From positions 24,614,001 to 24,678,000 of the forward strand of contig OZ004609.1 of assembly GCA_963924565.1 (NCBI GenBank): a stretch of DNA of 64,000 nt, given 5' to 3'. Under the pieces are notes generated by a model. That model worked only from the letters and a program-made list of their open reading frames with translations. It was not told where the DNA came from and ran no database searches. Within the stretch, counting starts at the first letter, position 1. Each line of letters begins with the position of its first letter. The translations under genes were made by a program, and so were the position numbers. This document shows, piece after piece, positions 42,601 to 53,753 of the stretch. Source of the DNA: Ascidiella aspersa (Eukaryota).

Positions 42601-45600
42601 TTGACGTAAATAACAGGTTTAGGTTTTCAAATAGTAAAAATTCATTTTTCAGTTTATTATATTATTAAAAATGAACTTTTTACCCTGTAAAGCGCAAAAG
42701 CCTACAACACCCGGTATTCCCAGGCGGTCACCCATCCAAGTACTAACCGGGCCCGACGTTGCTTAACTTCCCAGATCGGACGAGATGGGGTGGATTCAAC
42801 GTGGTATGGTCGTAGGCAAAGGTAAGCGCGAAATCAATCGGTATATACGAGCGTACATATCCATTTTCCAGACGCAATAAGTATCATCATAGTACAGGGG
42901 AGGGCAATCTGCGGCTCGCTAGCATGTTTGTTGTGGCTCTTCTAATCGAATCATTAAATGCCCAAAAAATTGTAAAGGCTACCAAGATAATTATTAAAGT
43001 TTCTCTATTTTTCTTTTCTTTATTTAGGCCAGCATTTTGTTTATGACGTAACACTAGAAATAGAATACGAAGAGTTAGTTAACAACAAGTCAACTGAATT
43101 CCATTGCTAAGGTTTCAGAGATTAGCAAATCAAACAAAAATTATTTCTGCAAATGGCTCTTCCAATGAATACATTTGCCCACCCCTGCCATAGTATTTAT
43201 CGTTTATATGCTAGTGTTTCTAAAACATTTGTGAACCAGGGCAATTACTTCGCAAACTTGTAAAACCCTGTACTAATTGCGATTTAAATATGTTTTAAAT
43301 GACAAAAATAAATGTATTTTAAATATTGAAGTATGGTAGAAATTGCGGACCTTGCTGATATATCTTTAACAAGTTTTAAAAACGGTACACTTAATAACAT
43401 GCCCAATTAGAACAGAGTCAATATGTTAGCTATCAGGTTTCCAACGCAAATTTGGCAGCATCCGGCTATAGTAATATACCATACATTAGGTTTCGATAAC
43501 CGACGCCAAATTGAACTTTCGTTTGGTTAAATATCTAACATTCTCGATATTTGTGTGGCCGGGAGTACCGTGCCCTGCCACCTCATAACACTAACAGAAA
43601 GACCTACGAAAATAAAATTCATTGTAGATTCCTCTTTTCATGATCTGCACTACTCAGACGTGTTTTGCAATAATAGTTTGCCATCGAATCGTAAACAAGT
43701 AACAACGCGTCATTTACATATAATATCTAGCAAAAATATTTCCACAGATCCTTGTCAAACTGTAAAAGTATTTGAACACTAGCCCAGATAACAATATAGC
43801 GCTTGATCAATTGGATAACTATTGCCATCTGACTTTGAAATCATGAACATTTGTATGGAAAATATAAATTAAAAACTTCAAAATTATTAAATACTTTTAA
43901 AATTGACTAAAGCAACTCACCTGTGAAAATTTGGTACATCGGATTGAAAGTGCTCAAAAATTTCATCTATCGTAACGATCAATCGCATGGCGCTGAAAAA
44001 AATAAAAATCGCATTCAATAAGAAATTCCAAAATTTTTCAATTAGTAAGTCGACAGAAAACAAAAGCCTACAACACCCGGTATTCCCAGGCGGTCACCCA
44101 TCCAAGTACTAACCGGGCCCGACGTTGCTTAACTTCCCAGATCGGACGAGATGGGGTGGATTCAACGTGGTATGGTCGTAGGCAACGGTAAGCGCGAAAT
44201 CAATCGCTATATACGCGAATTGCTATGCGTCGTGGTTACGGCAAACCAAGTAACTGGGAGCTATGTAAATCTAGATAACTATTTGTATTACGAGTCGCAG
44301 ACACGGCTATAGTATGCCGCAGTACAACTTTAAATATTAGGAAAACATTTCTTTTATTTTCTACAGAGAAAACATAACAAACGTAAAGTGTTCCATCAGT
44401 GGTTAGATATTAACTGTTTTTTAGTGCTTAAAATTGGCATTTTTTTGTTTAAAGAGCTTGGCGTTGTTGAGGCATCTTTTTAATTTTGCACTTGTTTGGA
44501 ACGATGTGTCGATCAAACCATGTTTTACTCGTTATGTGCGATACCGTATTCCCTATGTATTTTTATTTCGGTTGCTATATCGAGTTTAGGCGAAATGGAT
44601 CGCTTAATTATATATATTTTCTAGTGTTGTAAACAAGTAAAGTCCAAGTCAAGAATAAGTTAATTACAAATGAAATATTTTCGAAAAAATAACAAGTCAA
44701 GTCCCAGTCCAGTCATGTCAACTTTCATTGACGTAACAAATAAAACTATAAACTATATTAATAGACAACAAGCAATTTATTTTTCGTGCAAAAATTTAAA
44801 TCAATTACCCAACTGTATTAAAAATATTGATTGAAAACACTTAATTTTAGCTTAAGTTATTTGACAGAAAGACATAAGTAAGTCCATGTCAAGTCATTTT
44901 GGCCAAAAGACTGAAGTCTCAAGTCAAGTCATTTGACAAAAGTGAAGAGCTCTAAGTCAAGTCACAAGTCATAACAACTGTGATATTTTGTAACTGGTAA
45001 CAACAATGGTTTTGGTTTTGGACTCCATAAAGATACGCCCTTTTAGATAAGTTTGAGATTTTTGGGAAAGAGTATGGGTAGAGAAACATATGTTAACCAA
45101 CTAACGAAAGGCCTAAGATGCCTAAAAATAAAATAATTCTACTTTCTACACTACATGTTTCAGTACACGTACAGGCAGATCTGGAAGCCACACTTTATTA
45201 AATCCGGATATTTTTGATCAAACAAAATCAAAGAAACAAACAAGCAAAATTACTAAACGTTATACACTCACCATTCGGAGCTGGCGGTCATGGCTTCGTA
45301 CAAAGTTTCGTAAACGAGAGAGACCAACTCCAGTGTGCTTGTGCTAACTCGACATCTGAACAGACAGAAGGTGAGATATATGCTGTATATGCTTTAGCCC
45401 TGGGTTTAAACATAGATGGGAACCTGTACCTACGAACTATTTCCAGACATATTTTATTTTCATATTTTATTACAACTGTTTGAACATCTTTGTTTATTTA
45501 TGTTATTGAGTATGAATCTTTCTTTCGCAAATCTAGCATCCCAAAAGCGTTATTAGTCACTACTTTCTGATTAATAACGAAATGCATTTTTTCTAGTAAT

Positions 45601-48600
45601 TGTTTTGACGCAACACCTTTGCATTCTGTTGGAGACCCTGAGATTTAATACCGTATAAAGTGCTGTTGGGTAACAAATGTTGCTGTTGGTAGTTTTGTGG
45701 TTTAAAAACTGGTCATCAAACACGATGTGAAACTACAGCAGTCGTGCGACAACATGGAGCTCGATCTTACTTTGTTTCATTAACGCTTGACGAACATAAT
45801 TGTTGTCAATAAAAGCCAGCAAGTCGACGTAAACAAACACAGTTCGCTATACAGTGGATTGTTCAATAAGACCTGATTAACTCTAATCAATACAAAATCA
45901 TATTCCCAGGCAGCCACGCATCCAAGTATACTAAAGACTTTTTCGGCCCGCCACAACATTTTATGTTTCTCATGCGGCCCGCGGTAAAAAAATAATTACA
46001 AAGATCAAACGCGAACATTGTTACTTTATCATTAATTTAAACTTTTTGAGGTTTATTGCTCGTTCGTACATAGACTATACTCCTATATATTGTGGAAGTC
46101 TGGCTGTGAACTAAAACAATAATTGTGCTGTTTAACTGACATATTTAAAAATTCACTTACTGTACAGTTTTTAAAAGGCGTAAAGCTGAAAATCCATTTA
46201 TCTTGTTTTCAATAAAATAGCCCTTTGCTTTGCGAGGGGCAAAAGCCTACAACACCCGGTATTCCCAGGCGGTCACCCATCCAAGTACTATCTGGGCCCG
46301 ACGTTGCTTAACTTCCCAGATCGGACGAGATGGGGTGGATTCAACGTGGTATGGTCGTAGGCAACGGTAAGCACGAAATCATTCAGTATATACATGCGTA
46401 AAGCGTGTTTTGCGAGACGGAAAAAACTGTCGTCATAGTAATTGACGTTTTTATACCATCAGTTATTCTCAATAGTAATTTAAATCAGGTCCCAACTGGT
46501 ATTACAACCAGGATTCAACACGTTATGGTCGCAGGTGAAGGTACACTGTAAAGCAAACCTTCTATAGGGCTGACTATCGACGAACGCGTGGTGTATATAC
46601 AGATACAGAGGTTTAATAGCATAATGTGTTTAATCGGAATTGCCACACACATACACACACACACACACACGGAGTTTTGATTTAGTGTTTATATTTGATA
46701 TAAACGATACTTTTTACTTTCAAGTAAACACTAAACTAATTTTAAAGAGAAGTAACATACCTTTTGTCACATTATATAGAAAGCATAAAGCCGCAATCAA
46801 ACATTAAGCTGCCAAGTTTAGCATTTTAGCTTTGTGTACAGTTTCCCGCGAGAAAAGGGAGAACAAAATTAGATTAGCCTAACGTAAATAATATGGATTA
46901 ACCAAAAACAAACATGTGTTTTAAAGTTATAATCCGAAATTCAGCTTCGGGGTAGATACTAAGAACTCCATACATAATATACTGCCGGTCAATTGTTCTT
47001 CACAAAGCGGACATGTGGGGTAGTCAAACTTGACATGACCGTATACGTGTAATTCCACGAGCCCAATCAAACATTTAACTCACTGTTTCTCGGCCTTTTA
47101 TGGCTAGCGGCACCCCTTAGAAATTAAAAATTGATTGCAGCACCCATACAAGATTTCCGTAGGCAATTCACTAGAATGTCACCATAAACGGAACTGGAAC
47201 AACATTCATTAATTCTACACAACGTAGGAAGTTAAAATTGGGTTTATTCCACTCTATTCTTACACAAAAAGTTGTAGGAGTTGAGCAAAAATTAGAGTCT
47301 TAAAAATTCCCAGAAAAGTCGCGGCACCCGTAAGGATTAGAAAGTTGAGAACCACTGATTTAACTGGTCAGCATTTCGCGTGTGTTTAACACTTACTTGG
47401 GAAACAATAAAACATCCTGGGCATTTTCTTTAGGTTGGCTGGCGGCGGGGGCAGCAGGGACAACTATCTGGTCACTTGACTCTTTCTTTATTTCTCCCAT
47501 TATCCGAGAGAAGAAACTGTCGACATCGCCTTTTCCGCCGTCCGTTATCTATACAATATTACAAAAATTACCACATCTGGAGACCAGAGAGTTGCTTAAA
47601 CCTATATATTTTTTTACATTTAAAGTTAAATCAGAATACTATGAGTTTATTGAAATCAAAAGTGGTCATGCATTTGAGTATTAAATACAACCAACCCGAA
47701 ATCGAATAAACTTTAACAATTTATTTGCATGAGTGGCGTTAGAAGTATATCACTGCCCGGCTGTGGCTTGACTTCACACTTCACCAATTTTAATGAACTG
47801 TTTAATTTTTTTTCTGAAAGCACTTGCTACAGTTAAGAAATTTGACTGCTTACAGCGATAAAAAACAAGGAAATCATTAGGCGTACTAAAGTTTCGCTCA
47901 CCGGGCTTGTTTCGTGTATTTCCTTCTTCATGATGGACCTTGCTTTTCCCATGATGGCCGTACATCGACGGTTTGCAAAATGCACGTGAATGTCCGACAC
48001 GTAAGCCAACAGGCCACCTACAAATGGGAAAGACAAAGCTACAAAAAGTCTAAGGAACATGGCACATAGCAGATGAAACTACTAACAGCTTTGGAGCATT
48101 GTTGAGCATGGGTTTTGGTAAAATTGACGAACATGGAGACGTTTTATTTCTATGTCTATGAGATCGATGTTATTGTAATTCATACCACGGTTAGTGGTGC
48201 TACACTTGAAAGTCCACCTAGAGAGGGAGGTCTGACACAATATATTTCTATACCACGGCTAATTTAAAAATTAGACGACGTCTTTAAAAAAGTAAAACAC
48301 ACAAAATAGACAAATCAAAACATAAAGCTATCGGTTTCTGGGGATTGGGACAAAATTTGCTTTTGTATTAAAAATATTAAACTTGATTGTTAAGTCCATG
48401 TTCTTATAAACAAACACAGCGTTGGATTGCAAACAATTGCTAAAATGCACAAATTAATACGGTTTCATACCGGCACCTAACACTAGCAGTGGACATAAAG
48501 TAAACATAAACTTACCGGGGTTTTCGGGCAAGAAGTGGATACTTTGTAGTGCCGATTCAAACTTTGCAACCACCTCGACAATCTAAACACATCCATGAAA

Positions 48601-51342
48601 TGTTTCGCTTGGTTACTTAGTAGTAGTTTTTCTCACATGACAAACCAATGGTTACCTGGTCGTAAGCCTCAAGTTGTTCTTTAGAGTCGGGCACAGATTT
48701 CTCCAAACACTCGTCAACGAGAAGGGTGATTGTGTCTTCACATATCACAGGAGCGAACAAGGACATCAGGGTTTCATCTAAAAAAGGTAAGATTGGGTTT
48801 GCCTGTTTTACTTGGTCAACTTGGTCAAGAGATTTAAATAAAATCTTCCACTGAACAGGTAGATGACAAAAACATATATTTTTTACAGATTTGCAAAAAC
48901 AAAAATAAACCTCCTACTCTATCATAAAATTTTAGAAAAAATAAAATTCAAAAGGATCACCTTTATCTGTTTGTATTTTTAGCTTTAAAAAGTTGTCATT
49001 GAGAAATCTTAGTACTTCCCACACTTTGTTAAAGACCCCTTCTGGTGAGAATTTCTGTTAAAAACAATTACGCATTTGTTCTTTTATAAAAATACGGAAA
49101 ATCAAAAGTATCAATATTATATAATTAAATAAAAGAATAATAAATTATCTAAAGTGAACAACTATTTGTGGTCAGTGTAAACATCGCATTTGTTTAGCTT
49201 GCACATGTTTTGCCTTTAACTTCTAAACTGCTATTGTATGGCAAACAAACTAAATGGTTTCTTTTAAAAATGACTATTTAGACAGGTATACATATAAATA
49301 AAAATCTGAAGAGAAAATTGTTTAACACACCTGTTTTGACTCATTGCTTTCATTAGTTGGAAGCACAACCGCACCATGTTGCTTAATACAAATGACATTG
49401 CAGTGTGGTAGAGCTTGGGTTTCAGGTTGAACATTTGGATTTTTGATTAGAGGGATCAGAATGTTGTTTAAAAACATGTTGGCTGCAAAAAATAGATCAT
49501 ACATTTCAATCCAAATTTTAGAATGATGTCTGCACATTAGATAAATATTCCTTAAAAAAGACATTCCAACAGGAACGTAATACTACTAACAGGTTGGCCA
49601 GAAAATTGATTAATGTTTTAATACACAATTTTCAAATATATTATTTACAATACCCAGTTTTTGCGTTCGTAATCCAAGAGCTTTACACGATTGCATGGCA
49701 AACACAATGTCTTGAGCAGAGAGCTTTTCTTTTTGATTAGAAAAGTCTAAGCTGAGCTTTGTGCTAAAACCATCAGTTTTGTCATCTATCAGAAAAGACA
49801 ACAATAAACAAATATTTGTTATTTTAATACGTCTAAATATTAGCCTAAAATACTGGCACTAAAAGTTTAACAAAATTCATTCTGCAAATATGTACTGAAA
49901 ACTGAAATACCATGGATGTGTTTAAGTAGCCAGTATTTGTTCAAATAACACTACCATTAAATGTAGCAGGAAGATTCCATACAATGCACTTGTCCCAGAC
50001 CTCGGTAAGCACATAAATAAGATTTTCCTGACGGACTGTCACCTCCACACACAAAGTTTTGTATATTTCTGTGTCTCCAAGAGAATCATGTTTCACAGAA
50101 TTTAAAATGTCCTTTATCTACATAACAACACAGATTGCAAAAATCATGGTTACTATTTTTAATCGTTTTTTTTTCTAAATATGAATAATAGAATTAGGTA
50201 CTTAGTTTAGGTTATACGTTATATTTTATAATACATCATTATGTTCCAAATAAACAAAACAACTATCTTATAATGCAGAACTTTGTTAAATTTAAAACTG
50301 TACTAATATTGTTCCAGCATATTTTGAGTTTACATATTTCTTAAATTATTTTTTCCACAAATTCTTACAAAATATCAAAAAACAATTTTAACTCACTTCT
50401 TTTATGGCAGTGGAAGTTTCACAAAACTGCTGCTTTTTCAAACTACTGTCATAAGTGTCAAGGAATGTGTGGACACTATACAGTTTTTCTAAGGCAAACA
50501 CAAGTGCGGATGTTTTAGCATGTTGAAGAGAAAGCTGTTGGAACTCGCTGTTAGCATCTTGCAACTGTTGGGTTGCCTAAGCATAAACAAATAGTTCATG
50601 AGTTATCACCATTACAGCAAACAGGTATTTATGTCAATAATTTAAAACATGAAAGTTAGAATAAACAATCAAAAAGAATCATTGTTATGAAATTTGAAAT
50701 TTAAAACTTAGAAACTGCTATATGTGCAGTTTGCCACATGGGGAATAAGCTGGCAAACTTAGAACATGTATTAATCCAACCAACATTATTTTGTATATTT
50801 TTCATCTTACATACTAGGTGTGTTAAGCATTTTATAACTTTCTAATGGTGCATTACATAACAAATTGTATGTTCTGAAGAGCACTTTATGTAGATTTAAA
50901 TTGTTTTACAACATACATAATATATATATACATGTAATAGTCTTACCATGCTCTCCAGTGAGTTTTGTAAGTTTTCCGCATCGAGTTTCACTTGTGAAAG
51001 CTTCTCATCAACCTTTTCTGCTGTTGACTGCAGGAGGAGAAATTCTCCGTAAGAACGCTCAATGAAATCATTAAAGTCTCTCTGCAACAAAAATAGCAAT
51101 GTTTTATCTCAAATTAGTTTAGTGTTTTAGCATTTTATATATATATGTTTGTTGATTCCTATTTTAGACAAAGAACTGTTTCATTTTATACATATATATA
51201 ACGATATACAATAATCTATATGAAACATTTTTTCAACCTTAATCTCCAGAGCGCGAGAATTAAGTTTGGTTATTTTTGTGTTCCAATCATCTTTAGCAAG
51301 TTTTCCTGCGGAGGAAAGCACCTCACAAACCAATGAAGACAT
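30696..51342 (-). CDS. ZW10: Centromere/kinetochore protein ZW10 (RZZ and NRZ complexes), 18 exons, 778 aa
   Basis: Exons: 51342-51238, 51081-50947, 50576-50397, 50117-49955, 49785-49654, 49482-49331, 49054-48961, 48777-48656, 48582-48516, 48017-47902, 47548-47397, 45355-45272, 43992-43921, 42212-42043, 41614-41484, 40542-40375, 32421-32252, 30819-30696; all GT-AG, 2337 nt in frame. Recognised ZW10 motifs: [66 protein letters not shown]...[13 protein letters not shown]. Confidence 0.97.
31764..32142. mobile_element. hAT-type MITE nested in a GACTT-rich repeat (ZW10 intron 17)
   Basis: Termini CAGGGGTTATTAAACT / AGTTTAAGAATCCCTG; perfect 8-bp TSD GTTTAAAG; GACTT-rich sequence continues on both sides. 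Confidence 0.88.
33345..33532. mobile_element. Small inverted-repeat element (MITE-like) in the 5S spacer
   Basis: Termini CTGGTCCAAAATCCTGCCACATTTT / AAAATGTTAGGATTGTAGATCAG around a GGGTTA-like core; further copies at ~34426-34602, ~37577-37764, ~38560-38627 (truncated), ~38830-39006; solo relative at 42397-42538. Confidence 0.6.
33621..33739 (-). rRNA. 5S rRNA, copy 1 (ZW10 intron 16)
   Basis: Reverse complement reads GCCTACGACCATACCACGTTGAA...GTTAGTACTTGGATGGGTGACCGCCTGGGAATACCGGGTGTTGTAGGCT (119 nt), followed by a TTTTGTTTT Pol III terminator. Confidence 0.98.
33764..33769 (-). promoter_or_regulatory. TATA-like element at -25 to -30 of 5S, conserved upstream of all eight copies
   Basis: Minus strand CGCGTATATAGCGATTGATTTCGCGCTTACC directly precedes +1; close variants lie at the same spacing before every copy. 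Confidence 0.7.
34677..34795 (-). rRNA. 5S rRNA, copy 2
   Basis: Identical to copy 1 by eye; oligo-T terminator present. Confidence 0.98.
34905..36384. mobile_element. Non-autonomous hAT-like element inserted in the 5S spacer, carrying a nested element at ~35274-36125
   Basis: Termini TAGGGCTACCATA / TATGGTAGGCGTA; GTATAAAG on both flanks (right copy offset by 3 nt); spacer homology resumes after it. Inner termini CAAGGGAGGGCAAT / ATTGCCCAGGTCTG. Confidence 0.7.
36872..36990 (-). rRNA. 5S rRNA, copy 3
   Basis: Identical to copy 1 by eye; oligo-T terminator present. Confidence 0.98.
37853..37971 (-). rRNA. 5S rRNA, copy 4
   Basis: Identical to copy 1 by eye; oligo-T terminator present. Confidence 0.98.
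39081..39199 (-). rRNA. 5S rRNA, copy 5
   Basis: Identical to copy 1 by eye; oligo-T terminator present. Confidence 0.98.
39270..39310 (+). mobile_element. Possible Helitron/Helentron-type terminus truncating the 5S spacer
   Basis: AACTAGACGAAATACCCGGCGTTGCCC resembles non-autonomous Helentron ends; spacer homology stops abruptly here. The other end was not identified. Confidence 0.4.
42397..42538. mobile_element. Solo MITE-like element related to the 5S spacer element
   Basis: Termini CTGGTCTAGAATC / GTTTCTAGACCAG, with a CCTACACTAACCTAA core in the opposite orientation to the spacer copies. Confidence 0.6.
42699..42817 (-). rRNA. 5S rRNA, copy 6 (ZW10 intron 13)
   Basis: Identical to copy 1 by eye; TTTT terminator; unique downstream flank. 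Confidence 0.98.
42895..43187. mobile_element. hAT-type MITE
   Basis: TIR CAGGGGAGGGCAA / TTGCCCACCCCTG; 8-bp flanks TCATAGTA / CCATAGTA. Confidence 0.85.
44065..44183 (-). rRNA. 5S rRNA, copy 7 (ZW10 intron 12)
   Basis: Identical to copy 1 by eye; ends about 70 nt before the exon-13 splice acceptor. Confidence 0.98.
44622..44980. repeat. AAGTC/GACTT-rich interspersed repeat
   Basis: Starts TAGTGTTG, contains many CAAGTC units, ends CAACTG; same family as 5080-5433 and 31397-32200. Confidence 0.55.
45900..45931 (-). pseudogene. 5S rRNA relic (box C region)
   Basis: TATTCCCAGGCAGCCACGCATCCAAGTA versus intact TATTCCCAGGCGGTCACCCATCCAAGTA. Confidence 0.7.
46244..46362 (-). rRNA. 5S rRNA, copy 8, variant (G70A, U72A; ZW10 intron 11)
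   Basis: Full length; plus strand reads TACTATCTGGG instead of TACTAACCGGG. Confidence 0.93.
46511..46543 (-). pseudogene. 5S rRNA relic (5' end plus upstream flank)
   Basis: GGATTCAACACGTTATGGTCGCAGGTGAAGGTA versus intact GGATTCAACGTGGTATGGTCGTAGGCAAAGGTA. Confidence 0.65.
47081..47357. mobile_element. hAT-type MITE
   Basis: Termini CACTGTTTCTC / GAGAACCACTG; perfect 8-bp TSD ATTTAACT. Confidence 0.85.
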
Positions 51343-51987
51343 TTTTCACTGTACTATTTTACATTGGTTTAAACAGAAATGACAGATTATTCTACACTAT
51401 TAAGAATTAAGTATGTTCAAAGTGCACAATAAGCTAGACACCATAAATTTAGCCTTTATGAAACAATGAATATCAAAACAGCAAGGCTATAAGACAAAAC
51501 AGAAGTAATAGAATAAATTGAACTGAGACAGACCACGATTGCACAGCAGTAAGTACAGTGCTTTCTCTAAATATCATATCTCCAAAGCATAGCTATTTAC
51601 CGAAACATTTAACAAGATAAAGGACTACAGTGAAACAAGCACTAACTGCATCTTATACATTTTCCTTGGTTAAATTTAAGCAATAAACCAGCCAGAGTAA
51701 CTACTTATTACGACACATTTTCATCATTTATATTACTTGTGTAATTTATTACAATTTAATATAATATAATAATTTTTAGGGTTGAGCAAGGAAAAACAGC
51801 AAGCACATTAGATATATAATACAGCACTTTTATGTTAAAGGGTATTTGTCATATAATTTATAGATCAAAACGACAATACCAGTGTAATCAATGACTCAAA
51901 CTGTACTTCGACACAATACATAACAGTCATATTTACAATTTTTCAAAACAATTTTGCTCCGAATTTGGTTAAACGAACATGCATAGA

Positions 51988-52200
51988 TTAGTCGCTTTTG
52001 ATGTAGGTGACTTCTTTGCCAGACTTTTTCAGCATTTCGGTTAAAGCTTCTACGCTGAGATCAGAATCAATCGAAACTAATTTATCTTCCAAATTTACAT
52101 CGAATTTTGAAGTGTCCCCAATTTTCTTTGTGAGAATTCTTGTTATCGCTGATGAACAGCCACTGCAGGTCATTTCAACTTTGAAAACTTGTTTCGGCAT
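51988..52200 (-). CDS. ATOX1: Copper transport chaperone ATOX1 (HMA domain), 70 aa, intronless CDS
   Basis: MPKQVFKVEMTCSGCSSAITRIL...LKKSGKEVTY: MxCxxC metal-binding motif and C-terminal KK(S/T)GK motif of the Atx1/ATOX1 family. Confidence 0.95.
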   Translation of the reverse strand: MPKQVFKVEMTCSGCSSAITRILTKKIGDTSKFDVNLEDKLVSIDSDLSVEALTEMLKKSGKEVTYIKSD

Positions 52201-53753
52201 TTTGTCAACGTATTGTGGAAAACTTTGCAAAGCAGATAACGACAGTAGAATGAACTATGAAAAAAATATTTTGATTCTTTGGCTGAAAGTTAAACGGATG
52301 ATGGTGCAGTAAATTAATATTACCTTGCATCGAAGTACAACTTCCTAAACAAAATTAAACTTGTAAAAATAGTTAAAAAACAAACAGAAAAACCAAAAAC
52401 TTTTATTATATAAAATTTTTCCTTTTTTTCGTTCAATTTGCTTTATAATTTGAGTAACGATACATTTTGTATCGCTAATTGGATATACTTTGTTTTGCAT
52501 TTAAATTTTACCGCATTCCCAATTGGGAAATTCCCTGATATCTAACATTTGATTTAAAATTATTAATTATTTTGCAAAACCTTTGTACAACAAGAGGCAC
52601 GATTTTATAAACAGTGTTTTCAACAATTAGTCAAATGAAAAAAAAGGTGCGAATCGAAAGGACAGATTTGGGTTGGTACGGGAACTCCTTCTAACCAATG
52701 ATACTATATAACATATATAGTATCATTGTTCTAACTAATACCATTAAGACACAGAAGAATATAAATAAAGGCCAGGGATAGCAAACCATTGAGGTCACAA
52801 ATTGGCCCATTACGGTTACAAACTGATTTGTTGCTCTAAAACTATCATAAACCAATTGGTTGTTTTAAAAATCACAAAATATCACCAAACATTTCAGAAC
52901 AAAACAAAATGTGTAACCACTGTTCTTCAACGTGTAAACCATGCAAAAACACAATATTTGCATCGTGGATGACCAGCCAAATTCGCCTTGACACATTCAA
53001 GACCTGAATCAGGCGCGGATCTAGGATTTCAGTTTGGGGAGGGCCATGAATTTTTTTCAGATATGACGTCACAATTTTTTCAGATATTACGTCACAAAAG
53101 TATACCATTGCGTGACGTCATAATTCAGGTAAAAATAACATCGGCTGGCCGAATAAACTAACTCCTGTAAAATAACGCGAAAAACAGACCCTTTGAAAGC
53201 ACAAAAAAGTAATAAGGTTAGCTTCTACAGTGGGCCGGTTTCCTAGTTTGACCCGGTATGAAGAATATCGCTGACGCTACCATGTCTATTGTCTACACAT
53301 CTTGCTTTTTCCCGAAAAGGCGAGAGCAACCGCACATGCCACCGAAAAAGCGCCGAGGCCACGTCGCAATAAAACCATAGCGTTGTCTGCTGCGGTCAGC
53401 TGTGGTTCTTTCATGACACTTCTCTCAATTTTTAAGTTACTGTAGTTGTTTTTTGCCAAATAAGGTTGCTGAAATGAGCAAAACTCTATGCAAAGTTAAT
53501 CCTAACATTGGATAGGTTATTCAAATCCTTACACAAGGGTCGGCAACCTTTGTGTAGTAGTCGCGGGCTAAAACCAAACTCAGAAAGGTCTCTCACACAA
53601 CATATGTTAAATGAGATTTTGTGTTATTACAACGTTATAACAATTGTGAATCAGGTGGGCCTCGGATTTTTTTGCACTTTAAAAACGTGTTTATAATTAC
53701 TTTTAAGGAGGCAGTAAAGTCTTGGCGCACTATTAAAAAAGTGTAATAAAACT

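Noticed and set aside
33621-46362. CRISPR-like array of identical repeats
   Set aside because: The repeats are 119-nt 5S genes with long homologous spacers in eukaryotic DNA.
46645-46670. (CA)n microsatellite, possibly a Helentron tail
   Set aside because: No matching opposite terminus found; treated as a simple repeat.
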